From: Caecitellus pseudoparvulus
Taxonomy: Eukaryota > Protista > Bigyra: Bicosoecida
Assembly (NCBI GenBank): GCA_965644315.1
Contig: CBFFRQ010000063.1
Location: 19,850 to 83,849 of the forward strand
Direction of reading: 5' to 3'
Length of the DNA stretch: 64,000 nt
Under the pieces are notes generated by a model. The model saw nothing but the letters and a program-made list of their open reading frames with translations, was not told the origin of the DNA and ran no database searches. A program made the position numbers and the translations under genes. Below are positions 33,831 to 44,633 of the stretch, piece after piece; within the stretch, counting starts at the first letter, position 1, and each line of letters starts with the position of its first letter.

Positions 33831-35300
33831 TCACTCGGGAGGGGGCACGTCTGGAAATGTGTCATCCAGTACCCAACTCTCTGCCTGCAGACGAGCTCGC
33901 GCTTCCTCTGGCACTGCCTTCCATGCGGAGTCCACTTGAGAGGCAGATGGCGGTGGTGGCGGTGTGGGCGGTGGCTCCGCTCTCCTGCTTTGTCTGCTTG
34001 AAGGCAGCCCTGCCGCTGCGCCCTGTGACATGCCAATCATGCTGCCCTGGCCGATTCCAGGCATCCCACCCTGGCCAATGCCAACCTGCCCAATGCCACC
34101 CTGTCCAATGCCTCCCTGGCCAATGCCTCCCTGTCCAATGCCTCCCTGTCCAATGCCTCCCTGGCCAATGCCTCCCTGTCCAATGCCTCCCTGTCCAATG
34201 CCACCCTGTCCAATGCCACCCTGTCCAATGCCACCCTGGCCAACGGCAGCATGACCAGCGCCACCTTGACCGCCTGAATCAACCACCGCTCCGATGGCAG
34301 CCCGCATGGCCTGTCGCTGAGAAGTTGGCAGCTTGGTGCAGGCCGCCCCCATGCTCGTTCCAGTGAAGACACACGTTGGGTTTGCTTGCACCTGCCGAAT
34401 CACCTGCTCCAAGTGCTGCTTCCGCTCCTTCTCCAAGGCCGCTGCCTGAGCAGGGTACTGCGCCCCTTGCCCCTGCTGGGCCATGCGGCGCCCGAGCAAC
34501 CGCAGCTCTTCGGGAGAGATGTCCCCCCACACGGCGTTCGTGGAGGGGCCGCGTTTGTTCACCAGCCCAAAGGCAGTGGCAGTCCACAGCGGACCCGCGG
34601 GCTGCCCTTGCAGTGCGCTCTTGCAGACAGGGCTCCTGACCTGGCTCTTGAACTTGTTCACTTTGTCGCTATGGCGCCCACCGCCCCCCCCAATGGGCCC
34701 ACCACCGGCTATGCCAGACTGCACTCCGTAGCCGCTCATCACGCCAGCTCCCATGGTCTGCAAGCCCACCCCGGTTACGACATAGGACCCCCCGCCTCCC
34801 CGACCTTGCTGGTGCTGGTGCTGGTGCTGGTGCTGCTGCCCACCGCCGCGCTGCCTTCCGCCCCGGGACCGACGGCCTTGACCCTGTCTCCCTCCGCCCT
34901 GTTGGTGTTGCTGCCGGCCACCCTGTTGATGTTGCTGCCGGCCGCCTTGCTGGCCTTGGAAAACGTTCACACCTCCACCACCTCGCCCGCCACCCATGCC
35001 TACTATGCCACCTCCCATGCCACCTCCCATTCCCCCCATGCCCCCAATGCCCCCAATGCCCCCAATGCCACCCATGCCGCCCCCCATGCCTACGATTCCG
35101 CCCCCCATGCCCCCCATGCCACCCACAGCAATGCCACCCTGCTGCTGCCGTCCACCCTGCTGGTGTTGCTGCCGACCCTGCTGCTGCTGTCGACCTTGCC
35201 CACCACCTCTTTGCTGGCCTTGACCTCCTCTGCTTTGGCTCTGATTGCTACCTCTCCCACCGCGGTTGCGGCTGCGCCTGTTCCCGTTGCGCCTGCCCAT
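33831..35300 (-). CDS. NUP42: Nup42/NUPL2 (hCG1)-like nucleoporin with Gly/Gln-rich low-complexity regions
   Basis: The central W-x3-FG...GDISPEELRL motif and C-terminal EEARARLQAESWVLDDTFPDVPPPE resemble the NUPL2 'DISPEELRL' region and the Gle1-binding C-terminal motif (F...IPxxPPP). Confidence 0.72.
   Translation of the reverse strand: MGRRNGNRRSRNRGGRGSNQSQSRGGQGQQRGGGQGRQQQQGRQQHQQGGRQQQGGIAVGGMGGMGGGIVGMGGGMGGIGGIGGIGGMGGMGGGMGGGIVGMGGGRGGGGVNVFQGQQGGRQQHQQGGRQQHQQGGGRQGQGRRSRGGRQRGGGQQHQHQHQHQQGRGGGGSYVVTGVGLQTMGAGVMSGYGVQSGIAGGGPIGGGGGRHSDKVNKFKSQVRSPVCKSALQGQPAGPLWTATAFGLVNKRGPSTNAVWGDISPEELRLLGRRMAQQGQGAQYPAQAAALEKERKQHLEQVIRQVQANPTCVFTGTSMGAACTKLPTSQRQAMRAAIGAVVDSGGQGGAGHAAVGQGGIGQGGIGQGGIGQGGIGQGGIGQGGIGQGGIGQGGIGQGGIGQGGIGQVGIGQGGMPGIGQGSMIGMSQGAAAGLPSSRQSRRAEPPPTPPPPPSASQVDSAWKAVPEEARARLQAESWVLDDTFPDVPPPE
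34062..34241 (-). repeat. Coding 15-bp tandem repeat, 12 units, (GQGGI)10-GQVGI-GQGGM
   Basis: Directly visible as CCAATGCC(A/T)CCCTG(T/G) units on the plus strand. Confidence 0.95.
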
Positions 35301-35454
35301 CTTGACAGGCAGAGCACATCAAAATCCGCAGAACCGCGTGCGCAACAAGTTTTCGCTTCACAGCAAAGAATAGCAATCGAAGGGGTGCACGACAAGTGCT
35401 CGAAAAAGATTGAATTAGTCTCAGGATTTTGCCGTCGAAAATTGATTCGATGCT

Positions 35455-37661
35455 TCAGGGGTTTAGTTGAGTTTGTTGCCAGGCAGAAAGTGCTGGTGCA
35501 GCTGCGTCTGTGGCGCTCATCTCGCCGAGCTGCTGCACTGCCCCCCCTGCAACAGCCCGCACCGCAGCTGCACCAGAGGGCGTCGTACCAACGCTCAACT
35601 CTGCCAGAGCCACTGGCTCGCCCGCCTCGTCGGGTACCAATGGCTGCAGCCCCATTCCCCTCTCCACTGCAGCGACAAACGTTGCGTCGAGTGCCGTGAT
35701 ATGTGAGTCAGGGCGGACATCCCATGGTGTCGGGGCAGTCGGATCAGTGGGGGACCACAACTTGGGGAATGTCTCTCGATCAACCACCCGTTTCCTGGAC
35801 GACCTCCTACCGGCAGCCAAGCTAGCAACGACATCCGCCGTCAGGCACTTCGATGCCCACTCGAACAGCGAAAGCTCCTGCACGAAATCCATCACGCTGC
35901 GCACAGTCACAAGCGCCGCGCCTGCCTCGCGATCCAGCAGGGGCAGGGGCAAAGGCGTGTCCACAATGCATGCTGGCAGGCTCATGGCCAGCAGCTCGTC
36001 GACGTCGGCGCTGAAAATCGCCGCAAGCGCTTGAGCGGCAGCAGGGTCGATGCCCTCTGTTTGCAGCAGCTGCATCTGGGGAAGGCAGGTTGGACACTGG
36101 TACAGTAGGTGGCTGTCCGAAGGCTTCACTCCTTGGCCCCACCACGCGACGCGTACTGTCCACCCAGCCCGCTGCACAGCCACTGCTGTTCGCAGGAAGG
36201 AGGCAGCCACCTGTTGGTTTCGGCTGGCCCCTGCGTCAGGGTACAGCACTACTTCCATCGGCCGTCGCCCATCCGTGCTGTCATGCCGCCGATAAACGAC
36301 TCGCTCCAGGGCCACGAGGTACTCAATCAGGAGCTGGTGTGACCAGGCATTGTCCTTGCACCCAAACATGCCGCCCTGCGCGCCAATGAAGGGCACTTGC
36401 AACGCGGCGGCTGCAATGGCTGGTTTCAGCCCCCCTTCGCACAGGCAAACTCGGCAAACGCCCACAGGCAGCTGCTTTGGCACAAACGCGTGCAGTGGCA
36501 GGTCACCGCTCGCTGTCATGGCGAGGGGAGCAGTTTTCCGACCACCCCCCAGCGTGACGTAGCTTGGCACCCGCCCAATGCCGTCCTCGCCCCGGTCTTT
36601 GTCCAGCGTCTTCAACTGCGCCCCGAGCACCTCCCCCAATGGCGTGAGACACGGGATGAGCAAGGTCACTGGTGTGCGAGCCGGCACATAGCCGCCTGGC
36701 ACCACCGGCAGGGCCCTGAAGGGTGAGTGTGGGTCGGATGTCAAGTCCAGGCCCCACCCAGCTGCCCACGAGACGAGGAAGTCAGCAGCCCCCACAAGGC
36801 TGTGCAGCAGAGCAGGGGGCAAGCCCCGCCCTAGCAAGTCCTCCTCCGCCTGGTCGCCCCGCCACCCGAGTCCTGCGTGGAGGGCCAGCAGGGACAGGAA
36901 GGCTGCGTGTCGCTGCGCCGCCGTGGGCACTTCCGGCAAAGACGGCGCGAGGACGGGTTTGGGCTTGAGGGCCACATGCGAAGTATCCACACTGGGGGCT
37001 GCCTGCGCTCTCCCTCCCCATCCTGTCACCTCCCCTGCTCTGCCCTCCTTTGGAGCTTGTGGCGTTGCGCTGCTCAAACCAGTGCCGCGCAGCGGGACGG
37101 GAAGCCAGTCGCGAAGTCCAGCCAATGACTGCGACCCCATCAGCGAAGCAGGCAGACGAATATCCAGCACTGGCTTGGGGGACCCTTCGTCCAGCCCAGT
37201 CGTGCACGTCTGCGCAGTGCTCGGAAAGGACATGTGCTTCAGTGCGGAAATTGCTGCCCGCACACACTGCAAGACCGCACCATGGCCAGGGAAACGTTTC
37301 CAGAGCTGTTTACCTGAGACACATCGAGTTTTATAGCCCACACATCCTGATCCTCGATGGGGGTAGCCGGGGAATTGCTTTCTCCCTCACCCTCATGCCA
37401 TCCGCGTGCATGGCGTGGTGCGGCGCTGTCAGGCGAACCCGCCGGCACATGCCCCCACAGTTCCAGCCCCACGCAAGCATCGGAGCCCACCATGGCCCAA
37501 GCGCTTGAAAGGGCTATGTCAGTTGCGTGGGCCCCACTTGCATTGAGGGCCGTCTCTTGTGCCCATGCTGCCGCTGCTCGCAGGTGAAGGGGCAACGGCA
37601 AGGAGAGCTCAACACGGCGAACCTTGCCTGGCGGCGGCAGGTGGTCTGCAGCTGCTGACAT
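35455..37661 (-). CDS. TOPRIM-domain (primase-like, DUF3854/CyRepA1 N-terminal-like) protein
   Basis: Ordered motifs DLLGRGL, LLIP...GEVLGAQLK, SGDLPL, LCEGGLKP..A.....IGAQGG, LYPDAG, VRVAWWGQ and DVDEL. Predicted first exon from ATG 37661, and a 77-nt GT-AG intron at 37314-37390 joins in frame to track ORF 35455..37341. Confidence 0.7.
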
Positions 37662-38108
37662 GGCGAGCACGCGACAGCGAATATATTGACCTGCCCCGCT
37701 TCTACCTCTTGTGTGTGATTGTGTTCAGTCAGCGAGAGTGCTCAGGGCGACTCGACCGCGAGGCAGGCACAGCCGCTCCCTTGTTGGGCTGCTTGCCTTG
37801 CCTTGCGTACCAGCGCAAGGCAAGGCTCCATCCAACACAAAAGTACTTTGATCCTCTCAGCTGCACCCTAGCTTGCTGGCAACGTCCGCAGCTTGAATGC
37901 AAGCTGGCGAGCAGCGGAAGGCCAAATTCCACCCACCAAAAAGATGTGTGACGTGAACTTACACAGTAAAGTGAAACAGGCTCTCTCTGCCGTCGTTGTT
38001 CTGACCTGATCCTCGTCCTGCACCAGCACCAGCCCGCCTGCGGCTTGCCTCCTGAGCGGCCAGCACTGCGCGCAGACTTGGCGCCTGTGGCCGCGCCCAG
38101 GGCTCAAC

Positions 38109-39184
38109 ATGTGGTGGCAGATTAGCTGCTGCTCACGGCACGCCAGCGCGGAGTCACGCGCAGAGGGACTGGAGGAGGAGCTGAAGGCAGCGTGTGACGA
38201 TGTCGTGCAAGCACACGCAACAAAGGCCAGCCTGTCCCGCTTGCGATTCTCACTGGTTGGCATGGCAGTGCTCATGCTGTTAGCCGCGAGTGGAGCAGTG
38301 GGGTATGGAGTGTACTTTCTCCGCATGCGACACTTCTGGCAATGGACCCCTTTCTCTCGAGTGGCCCAAGCCATGTTCGCGGTGTTGGTGAGTGGCGCGT
38401 AACGCCAGTGAAACGTACCGCATGCTGCGATACAAGGCGCCAATGGACGAACCTGGGCCCGTCACAGGCACTGATTGTCGTTGGCATTTACGTAATTGCT
38501 TGGAGAATGAACGCTGCAGAGGCTCGGGGAGTGGCTGCTGCGCGAGCTAAAACTGACCTGCTGCAGCAAGCAGCCAACGAACTGCCGTACAAGACTGCCC
38601 GAAAAGTGATCGAAAAGTACGACCCCGCGAACGTGGGCAAGTACCTTGAACTAGACCTCACGCTTGAGAAACAAGTTGCCGACCTTCGGGGGGCCTGCCG
38701 GGAGCTGTTTGGAGTCATCGATGTCCTCCTTCAGCAACGCAGCACGACTGTGACGAGCGAGCAGTTCCGGGCAGAAGTCGCGCCGGTGCAGCAGGTCCTC
38801 AACAAGTACGCTCGATACTTTTCGTCCAGGACGCGCAGGCTGCTGACGGCTGGGATCGATGAGCGCGTCATGGACTTCTTGGGCGTTACGCCCATGCCTG
38901 CCACTGCCACCCCTGCCGCCCACACAGCCCACGCCACTGCGAACCGGACGCCCCGCACGGGAGCACCGCAGTCAAGCCCTGTGCCTGAGGTGCCTGAGAG
39001 CCAAGGCAGCCCTGGGGGCACAGGAACTACGGAAGACATGCCCTCGCCAGCACCTGGCGCAGATCCTGCACCTGCCGTTGAAGCTGGTGACTCCTCCCTT
39101 CCCGAGTCTGAACCAGAAAGAAGGGGGGCTCGTCGCCGCCTGGCCGTTGACAGCGGTAGCTCTGCAGACCAAGATCATCGCTAG
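38109..39184 (+). CDS. LNPK: Lunapark-like ER membrane protein (N-terminal coiled coil, 2 TM, coiled coil; no zinc finger seen)
   Basis: Intron 38388-38467 joins two ORFs in frame. Two TM helices are followed by LPYKTARKVIEKYDP, which resembles the Lunapark YKTA..I.E+FDP motif. Confidence 0.65.
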
Positions 39185-39412
39185 AGGCAACGCTCAGCGC
39201 TGGGTTTGCAAGCACTGGCTTCGAAAAGGGTCCGACCCCTCAGAGCGCATGGAAGCCAGCCAAGTGACGCGCACAAACCAATTCAACTCAACACCCCATC
39301 TCACAGTATGTTTTTGTAGTTCATTGGACGCGCATTCGCGCTTTGAATGTGCCTGTAGTGCTGTGGGGCGCAAGGAAGTGCAGCGGCTGGAACCGATTTC
39401 CGCACTCCGGCC

Positions 39413-40300
39413 ATGGCAGCTGCCGTTCCCGGAGAGGGCTTGCAAGAAAAAGGGGACACGGCAATCGTGCCATTTTCCTACAATAACCCCTTCTGGGATG
39501 GCCTGCAGGCGCAAGAGCGTGTCTACGAGTTGCAAGGGAAGCGCGTGACTCTGAAGCAGGGCTGGGAGGCAGACGGCAGGGGTGGCTCCAAACTTGGCTT
39601 CGGCGCGTCAGTGTACGACGCAGCCTTCGTCTTGGCCCACTTCGTTGCCGAAGTTGAACCTACGCTGTGCTCTGACCGCGTGGTGTTGGACATTGGCACC
39701 GGCCTGGGCCTCACCTCTGTCGCTGCAGCACTGGCCGGAGCTCGCTGCGTCTTGGCGACAGATGGCGACGACGACCTGCTGCAGCGCCTGACGCTACCCA
39801 ACCTGCGCAGTGCGGCAGACGAGTCACTGCAAGGGTTCGCTGTTGTGAATGGCGGGGCCGAGGCCATGGAGCCTCCCTGCATCGCTGTGCAGCGTCTGCT
39901 CTGGGGCGCAGCTGCTGACATTGACTCTGTACGTCGTGGCTGCGCTCAAGCTGGGGTACCGCGCCCAGACATCATTTTGGCTGCTGATATCGTCGCCTTA
40001 CCATACGAAAAAGCCCTGCCATCCTTGTTGGACACTCTTCACGCCCTTGCCGGCCCCAACACGCACGTGTACATTGCCTACAAACCGCGGCACGTGTGCG
40101 AGAAGAAGTGGTTCCACCGTGCACGGCAGCGCTGCAGCGTGGAAGAGCTGCCGCCAGAAAGCTCCCTGCACAAGGACTTCCAAGGCTCTTCCATTCGCAT
40201 CATGCATTTGTGGAAGTGGAGGCACGCAGCTGCCCAAACTCAGAAACCAGCGGGCGAAGTTCCTGCAGCTTCGCCGGCGCTGCCAGCGCCTGAACCATGA
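39413..40300 (+). CDS. METTL21/Methyltransf_16-family protein lysine methyltransferase
   Basis: GASVYDAAFVLA, motif I VLDIGTGLGL, post-I VLATD, LLWG and motif II DIILAADIV. Confidence 0.9.
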   Translation: MAAAVPGEGLQEKGDTAIVPFSYNNPFWDGLQAQERVYELQGKRVTLKQGWEADGRGGSKLGFGASVYDAAFVLAHFVAEVEPTLCSDRVVLDIGTGLGLTSVAAALAGARCVLATDGDDDLLQRLTLPNLRSAADESLQGFAVVNGGAEAMEPPCIAVQRLLWGAAADIDSVRRGCAQAGVPRPDIILAADIVALPYEKALPSLLDTLHALAGPNTHVYIAYKPRHVCEKKWFHRARQRCSVEELPPESSLHKDFQGSSIRIMHLWKWRHAAAQTQKPAGEVPAASPALPAPEP

Positions 40301-42435
40301 CGTGTCGGCATGAGGAACTCCTGGGCATTTTGCTGGGGGGGCCAGGAGGTTTGCGCCGTCTTGCAGCAGCTGCACGCCAGGCAGCTGGGCAAGGCGCAGC
40401 ACCGCCACCGGTCGAAGCACTCCCCCCTCACGAACCACACCGGCAGGTGCAGGCACAAGCATGCCCGCACGGTGTTGGGGTACTTGGCCTGCGTCCGCGC
40501 AGCCTCCGCCTCTGCAGCAGCCTTGGCCTCTGCTCCCGACAGGTAGTTGCCGTTGGCATCCAGCCAACCACGCGTATTTGTGTCATAATCCTTGAACGCG
40601 TCGAAGGTGCTGGTCGCACCCATAGTGCGTCTTACAGCTCGCCGCGCGACGATAACGAGCGCCAGCACACCGAGAATGGTACAAATGATGATGATCAGGA
40701 TGCTCTGTGTGTGTCTAGATGGAACTGCTGGGAGAATGGTGTAGTTCCCCACCGCAACGATTTGCGTCAGAGGCATGTACTGTTGCGTGCCCCACGCCGG
40801 CGCCAGGCCCGCAGACAGCGTGAAGGAGCAGTGCAAGTTTGAAAACAGCGCTTGGCTGGGGGCAGCTGCCTCGATTTGTCCCGAAAAGTTCGCCGCGCAG
40901 CCCTGAATGCTGTCTGGCGGCCAGGCCTGGCTGCCCTTGCTGCGCGGGAGCGGGTCGCAGCAGGAAACCTTCCACCAGTTCACGTTGGGCTGCGTGCAGC
41001 TGAGTTTCAGGTCCCAGGACAAATTGAACTGGGAGACGGGGTTCCACGGCTGCAGGAGTGTGTCTGCACAGGCTCCATACTGGTCTCGCATTTGCACTGT
41101 GAAGTTGTGCACTGCGGCAGACGCGACAAGCACGCTGGCGTTGCGGCCTGTGATGAACCCGCCTGCTGAACCGGGAGTCACGTCCATCAGGGTGACTCGC
41201 AGCTCCCGTTTTCGCCGAGCCAGGGCAAGTGTCGAAGGCGACGGGGTTGGCGTGGGCGTCGCCTGCACTGCCAGACCTGAGGTCAAAGCTGATGGGAAGC
41301 GGCCACAAGCAAAATTCGTGCCCCACACAATGCACTTATCAGCAGGCAAGCCAGGCGACGGGGACACGCTGGGGGACGCAGCTGCCGAGGGAGTCACGCT
41401 GACTGACGGCGATGCAGTCGCTTTAGCCGGGCTGGGCGAGGCACTGACGCTGGCAGTGGGGCTGGGGGATGTGCCAAGACCTACCAAGGCCCGCTTCTGC
41501 GGTGCAAGTTCCCCAGTTGTTGTAAATCCGTTCCAGCAGTGGGCGGTGGCAGTTGGGGTGTCTCCTCCGTCGCCCCCCACGGACATGTTGAAGGGAGCCC
41601 CCGCCCGCACCTGTACACGTCCTCGCAGCCACGCTGTGGACAGGGGATCGCACACATACTGAACCAGCAAATCGCCGCCTGGGACGCCCTCGCGGAAGCC
41701 GCCTGAGGGCCGGACTTGCCGCCCACCGAGGTGGCGCAGCCACTGGGTCAGAGTCCAGTTCGAAGAAATAGCATACTGGTCGGTGGGAGCAGTCCAGCCC
41801 AAGGCCAACGAGGCAGGAGGCACGCTCCAAGGCCGCCCGAAAGTCAAGTTGCACCCGGGGCCTTGGCAAGCACGCTCGTCCTGTGCCCAGCAAGCCACCA
41901 CTGAGCCATTGTGGAGATTGGTGGGGTCGCTGCCACTGCAAGGCAGGCGAACCTGCTCCTCGCCCCCGAAAGGACTCAAGGATGAGTCATCCACCAGGGC
42001 AACCATATGGGAGTTCAAGTGGATGACCCTGTCGGATGCAGCGACGTGCACAGCAGCTCTCTGCAGCAAAGAGTCCCCCATCGAAGCCTTGTGCTGAGAA
42101 GACCAGCCTCCACATGGGTCCACGGACGCCGTCCAGGCCGAAGTCTGCAGAATACGAGGTCAAAGACACGAAGGTTGAAAAGGGGCGGATGGGTGGCGGG
42201 CGAGGACGGATGGCTTTCATGAGCGCACCTGGGAGATGAGAAAGGAGGCTGTTGGGTGTGCGGAATCTGCACCCTGTCCAGCCGTGCCATTCAGCTCCCC
42301 CACCAAACCCAGGCGCAACGTTGTGAGGTTAAACACGTGTGAATCCACACAGGAACTGCACGAGTCATGGCTGCAGGGCTTCAGTTTCCCGCCGATCACG
42401 CTGGCCACTGCCGCCGCAAGCAGCAGTTCTCGCAT
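40240..42435 (-). CDS. Secreted-type single-pass membrane protein with Ser/Pro/Thr linker, unknown family
   Basis: A signal-peptide exon from ATG 42435 (MRELLLAAAVASVIG) is joined through intron 42145-42228 to track ORF 40240..42123. Cys-containing ectodomain, SPSPTAS repeats and TM helix ILIIIICTILGVLALVIVA-RR. The 3' end is uncertain (possible intron near 40470). Confidence 0.7.
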
Positions 42436-42783
42436 GCCAAGTCCCCCTCCCCTGTCGAGCCGTGGCACGACAAGGCTACTGAGGCACGGACGAGGCCTGT
42501 AAACAGAGTGGATGGAGGCAAGCACAGCGGCCGAACGGCCAAATCTATCCGGAAATTCAAGTCTATCGAATGAATGACATTTATGCCTCGCTGATTGCAT
42601 GCGGGCTGCACACCTACCGGGGCCGCTGTGAAGGGGCGGTCAACAGTAAAAACACGCCACGAACAATCCAATCCCTCTTAAACCAAAGGAAAACTCCGTG
42701 AATCACCCAAGTGAACAAGTTCGTGCCCTCACAGGGCGAAACAGAGACCACAAACCACTCAATTTCCGCAGCGCTCACCAGCA

Positions 42784-43266
42784 ATGTCAGGCAGCGCGCC
42801 AAGCCGCCCAAGCGTGGAGCCCAGCTTCATGTCATGGCTAGAGCAAGTACACGATGATGCCTCAGCACAGGGCCCTGGCCTTGCGGCACCGGCCCAGCCT
42901 GCCAGCGCCATGAGCTCCTGGTTTCTCTCTGGCTCGGCGCCCAACTTTGTCAAAGCACACAGCGCATCCGCCACGCCTGTCTCGAGCCACACGGTGCGGA
43001 GCCAACCGAGCTCAGCTGCTGCTGTCTTGCAACGAGTGCAGATGGAGCCTGAAGTCCGCGAAGCTCTGCAGAAGCAACCATCAACACCTTCACAGCAAAG
43101 GGCGAGCACACCAACGCCCAACTCTGCGACAGCTTCAAACTCTGACCTGTTGAGTCAGTTGCTCTCGGGGCTCAAGGCTGAGCAAGCTGCGGTGGATGAG
43201 GAGCAAGCCCAGACCATTCAGGCCATTCGTGGCCAAAGGCCCTCTCCTCAAGAACAGGGTGACTGA
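42784..43266 (+). CDS. Hypothetical protein, 160 aa
   Basis: ATG-initiated ORF divergent from the previous gene across an AT-richer spacer, with a coiled-coil-like C-terminus. No family recognised. Confidence 0.5.
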   Translation: MSGSAPSRPSVEPSFMSWLEQVHDDASAQGPGLAAPAQPASAMSSWFLSGSAPNFVKAHSASATPVSSHTVRSQPSSAAAVLQRVQMEPEVREALQKQPSTPSQQRASTPTPNSATASNSDLLSQLLSGLKAEQAAVDEEQAQTIQAIRGQRPSPQEQGD

Positions 43267-43347
43267 CCGCTGCTTCGGGTAAAGAGAAGTGGAGCTTGAC
43301 AGGAATACATTCACAAAGGTAATGACAACAGCAGTTGTGATGGAGAT

Positions 43348-43363
43348 GGTGTTGAGTAACACC
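43348..43363 (-). promoter_or_regulatory. Histone 3' stem-loop of H2B (GGTGTT-ACTC-AACACC)
   Basis: 6-bp stem and 4-nt loop, 81 nt after the stop. The same element follows all four histone genes. Confidence 0.92.
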
Positions 43364-43444
43364 GTTGGGGGTGGTGGTGGATGTGCCAGTGAAGGAGGGG
43401 GTGACTTGCTCCCCCCACTCCACTGCACGAGGAAGTCCAGGCGC

Positions 43445-43798
43445 TTAGGCGGAGGTGAACTTGGTCACAGCCTTGGTGCCCTCGGACACGGCGTGCTTGG
43501 CCAGCTCACCAGGCAGCACCAGGCGCACAGCAGTCTGCACCTCGCGGGAGGACAGGGTGGCCTTCTTGTTGTAGCGGGCCAGGGAAGCGGCCTCGGCGCA
43601 CACGCGGTCAAAGACGTCGTTGATGAAGGAGTTCATGATGCCCATGCCCTTCTTGGAGATGCCGATCTCGGGGTGCACCTGCTTCAGCACGCGGTAGATG
43701 TAGGTGGAGTAGCTCTCCACGCGCTTCTTCTTGGAGCCAGTGGAGGCGGAGGACTTGCCGGCCTTCTTGGCGGACTTCTTGGAAGGGGTCTTGGCCAT
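43445..43798 (-). CDS. H2B: Histone H2B
   Basis: [16 protein letters not shown]...[20 protein letters not shown]; intronless; ATG at 43798. Confidence 0.99.
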   Translation of the reverse strand: MAKTPSKKSAKKAGKSSASTGSKKKRVESYSTYIYRVLKQVHPEIGISKKGMGIMNSFINDVFDRVCAEAASLARYNKKATLSSREVQTAVRLVLPGELAKHAVSEGTKAVTKFTSA

Positions 43799-44261
43799 GG
43801 TGATGGGTGGGGGTGTGTGACACGGGGAAGTGAGCACTGGGGTGCTGGGAAGCGTGTGTGATGGAGGTGGGAGTGTAGAGTGATGTGGGGGCAAGCGAGG
43901 GAGTGTGGGTGGAGGTGGGCGGGAGTGTGCTGTGTGCACTGCGCCACACGCACTGCTCGGTCACTGACATGCATGCACACCAGGCGCATCGGCCACACAT
44001 GTTCTGGAGCTCATGTACAATGTTGACATGTGTAACTGGCATGCAATATCCAGTGAGCGCATCACACAGTCTGGGCTAGTCCCGTGCATATGCTTCAGCA
44101 GTCCACATGCACACCCCGCCAGCCCCGTCAGCTGCGCGGCCAGTCGCCGCACGCAGCACACTTGCCCCGCCCAAGCCACTATCAATCTTCCCCACCAACT
44201 CACCACGCATCGTCAGCATCGTCACGTTGTGACCACCGCACACACACGCACCTCATCCAAC

Positions 44262-44633
44262 ATGTCTGGCAAGGGCAAGGGCGGCCGCGGCAAGGGCAAG
44301 GGTGGCAAGTCCACCTCCCGCTCCGCCAAGGCTGGTCTGCAGTTCCCCGTGGGCCGTGTCGCTCGGTACATGCGCAACCAGCGTGTGGCCTCCCGCATCG
44401 GTGCTGGTGCCCCCGTGTACCTGGCCGCTGTCCTGGAGTACCTGGCCGCTGAGATCCTGGAGCTGGCTGGGAACGCCGCTCGTGACAACAAGAAGAGCCG
44501 CATCATCCCCCGCCACGTGCAGCTGGCTGTGCGCAACGACGAGGAGCTGAACAAGCTGCTGGCTGGCGTCACCATCGCGTCTGGTGGTGTGCTGCCCAAC
44601 ATCCACTCTCAGCTGCTGCCCAAGAAGAAGTAA
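44262..44633 (+). CDS. H2A: Histone H2A
   Basis: [14 protein letters not shown]...[16 protein letters not shown]; intronless; ATG at 44262; no SQ(E/D)Y H2A.X tail. Confidence 0.99.
   Translation: MSGKGKGGRGKGKGGKSTSRSAKAGLQFPVGRVARYMRNQRVASRIGAGAPVYLAAVLEYLAAEILELAGNAARDNKKSRIIPRHVQLAVRNDEELNKLLAGVTIASGGVLPNIHSQLLPKKK

Noticed and set aside
35455-37661. Bacterial contamination or an intact integrated plasmid/virus
   Set aside because: It is a single gene with host-like composition and a predicted spliceosomal intron, flanked by eukaryotic genes, with no integrase, capsid or terminal repeats nearby.
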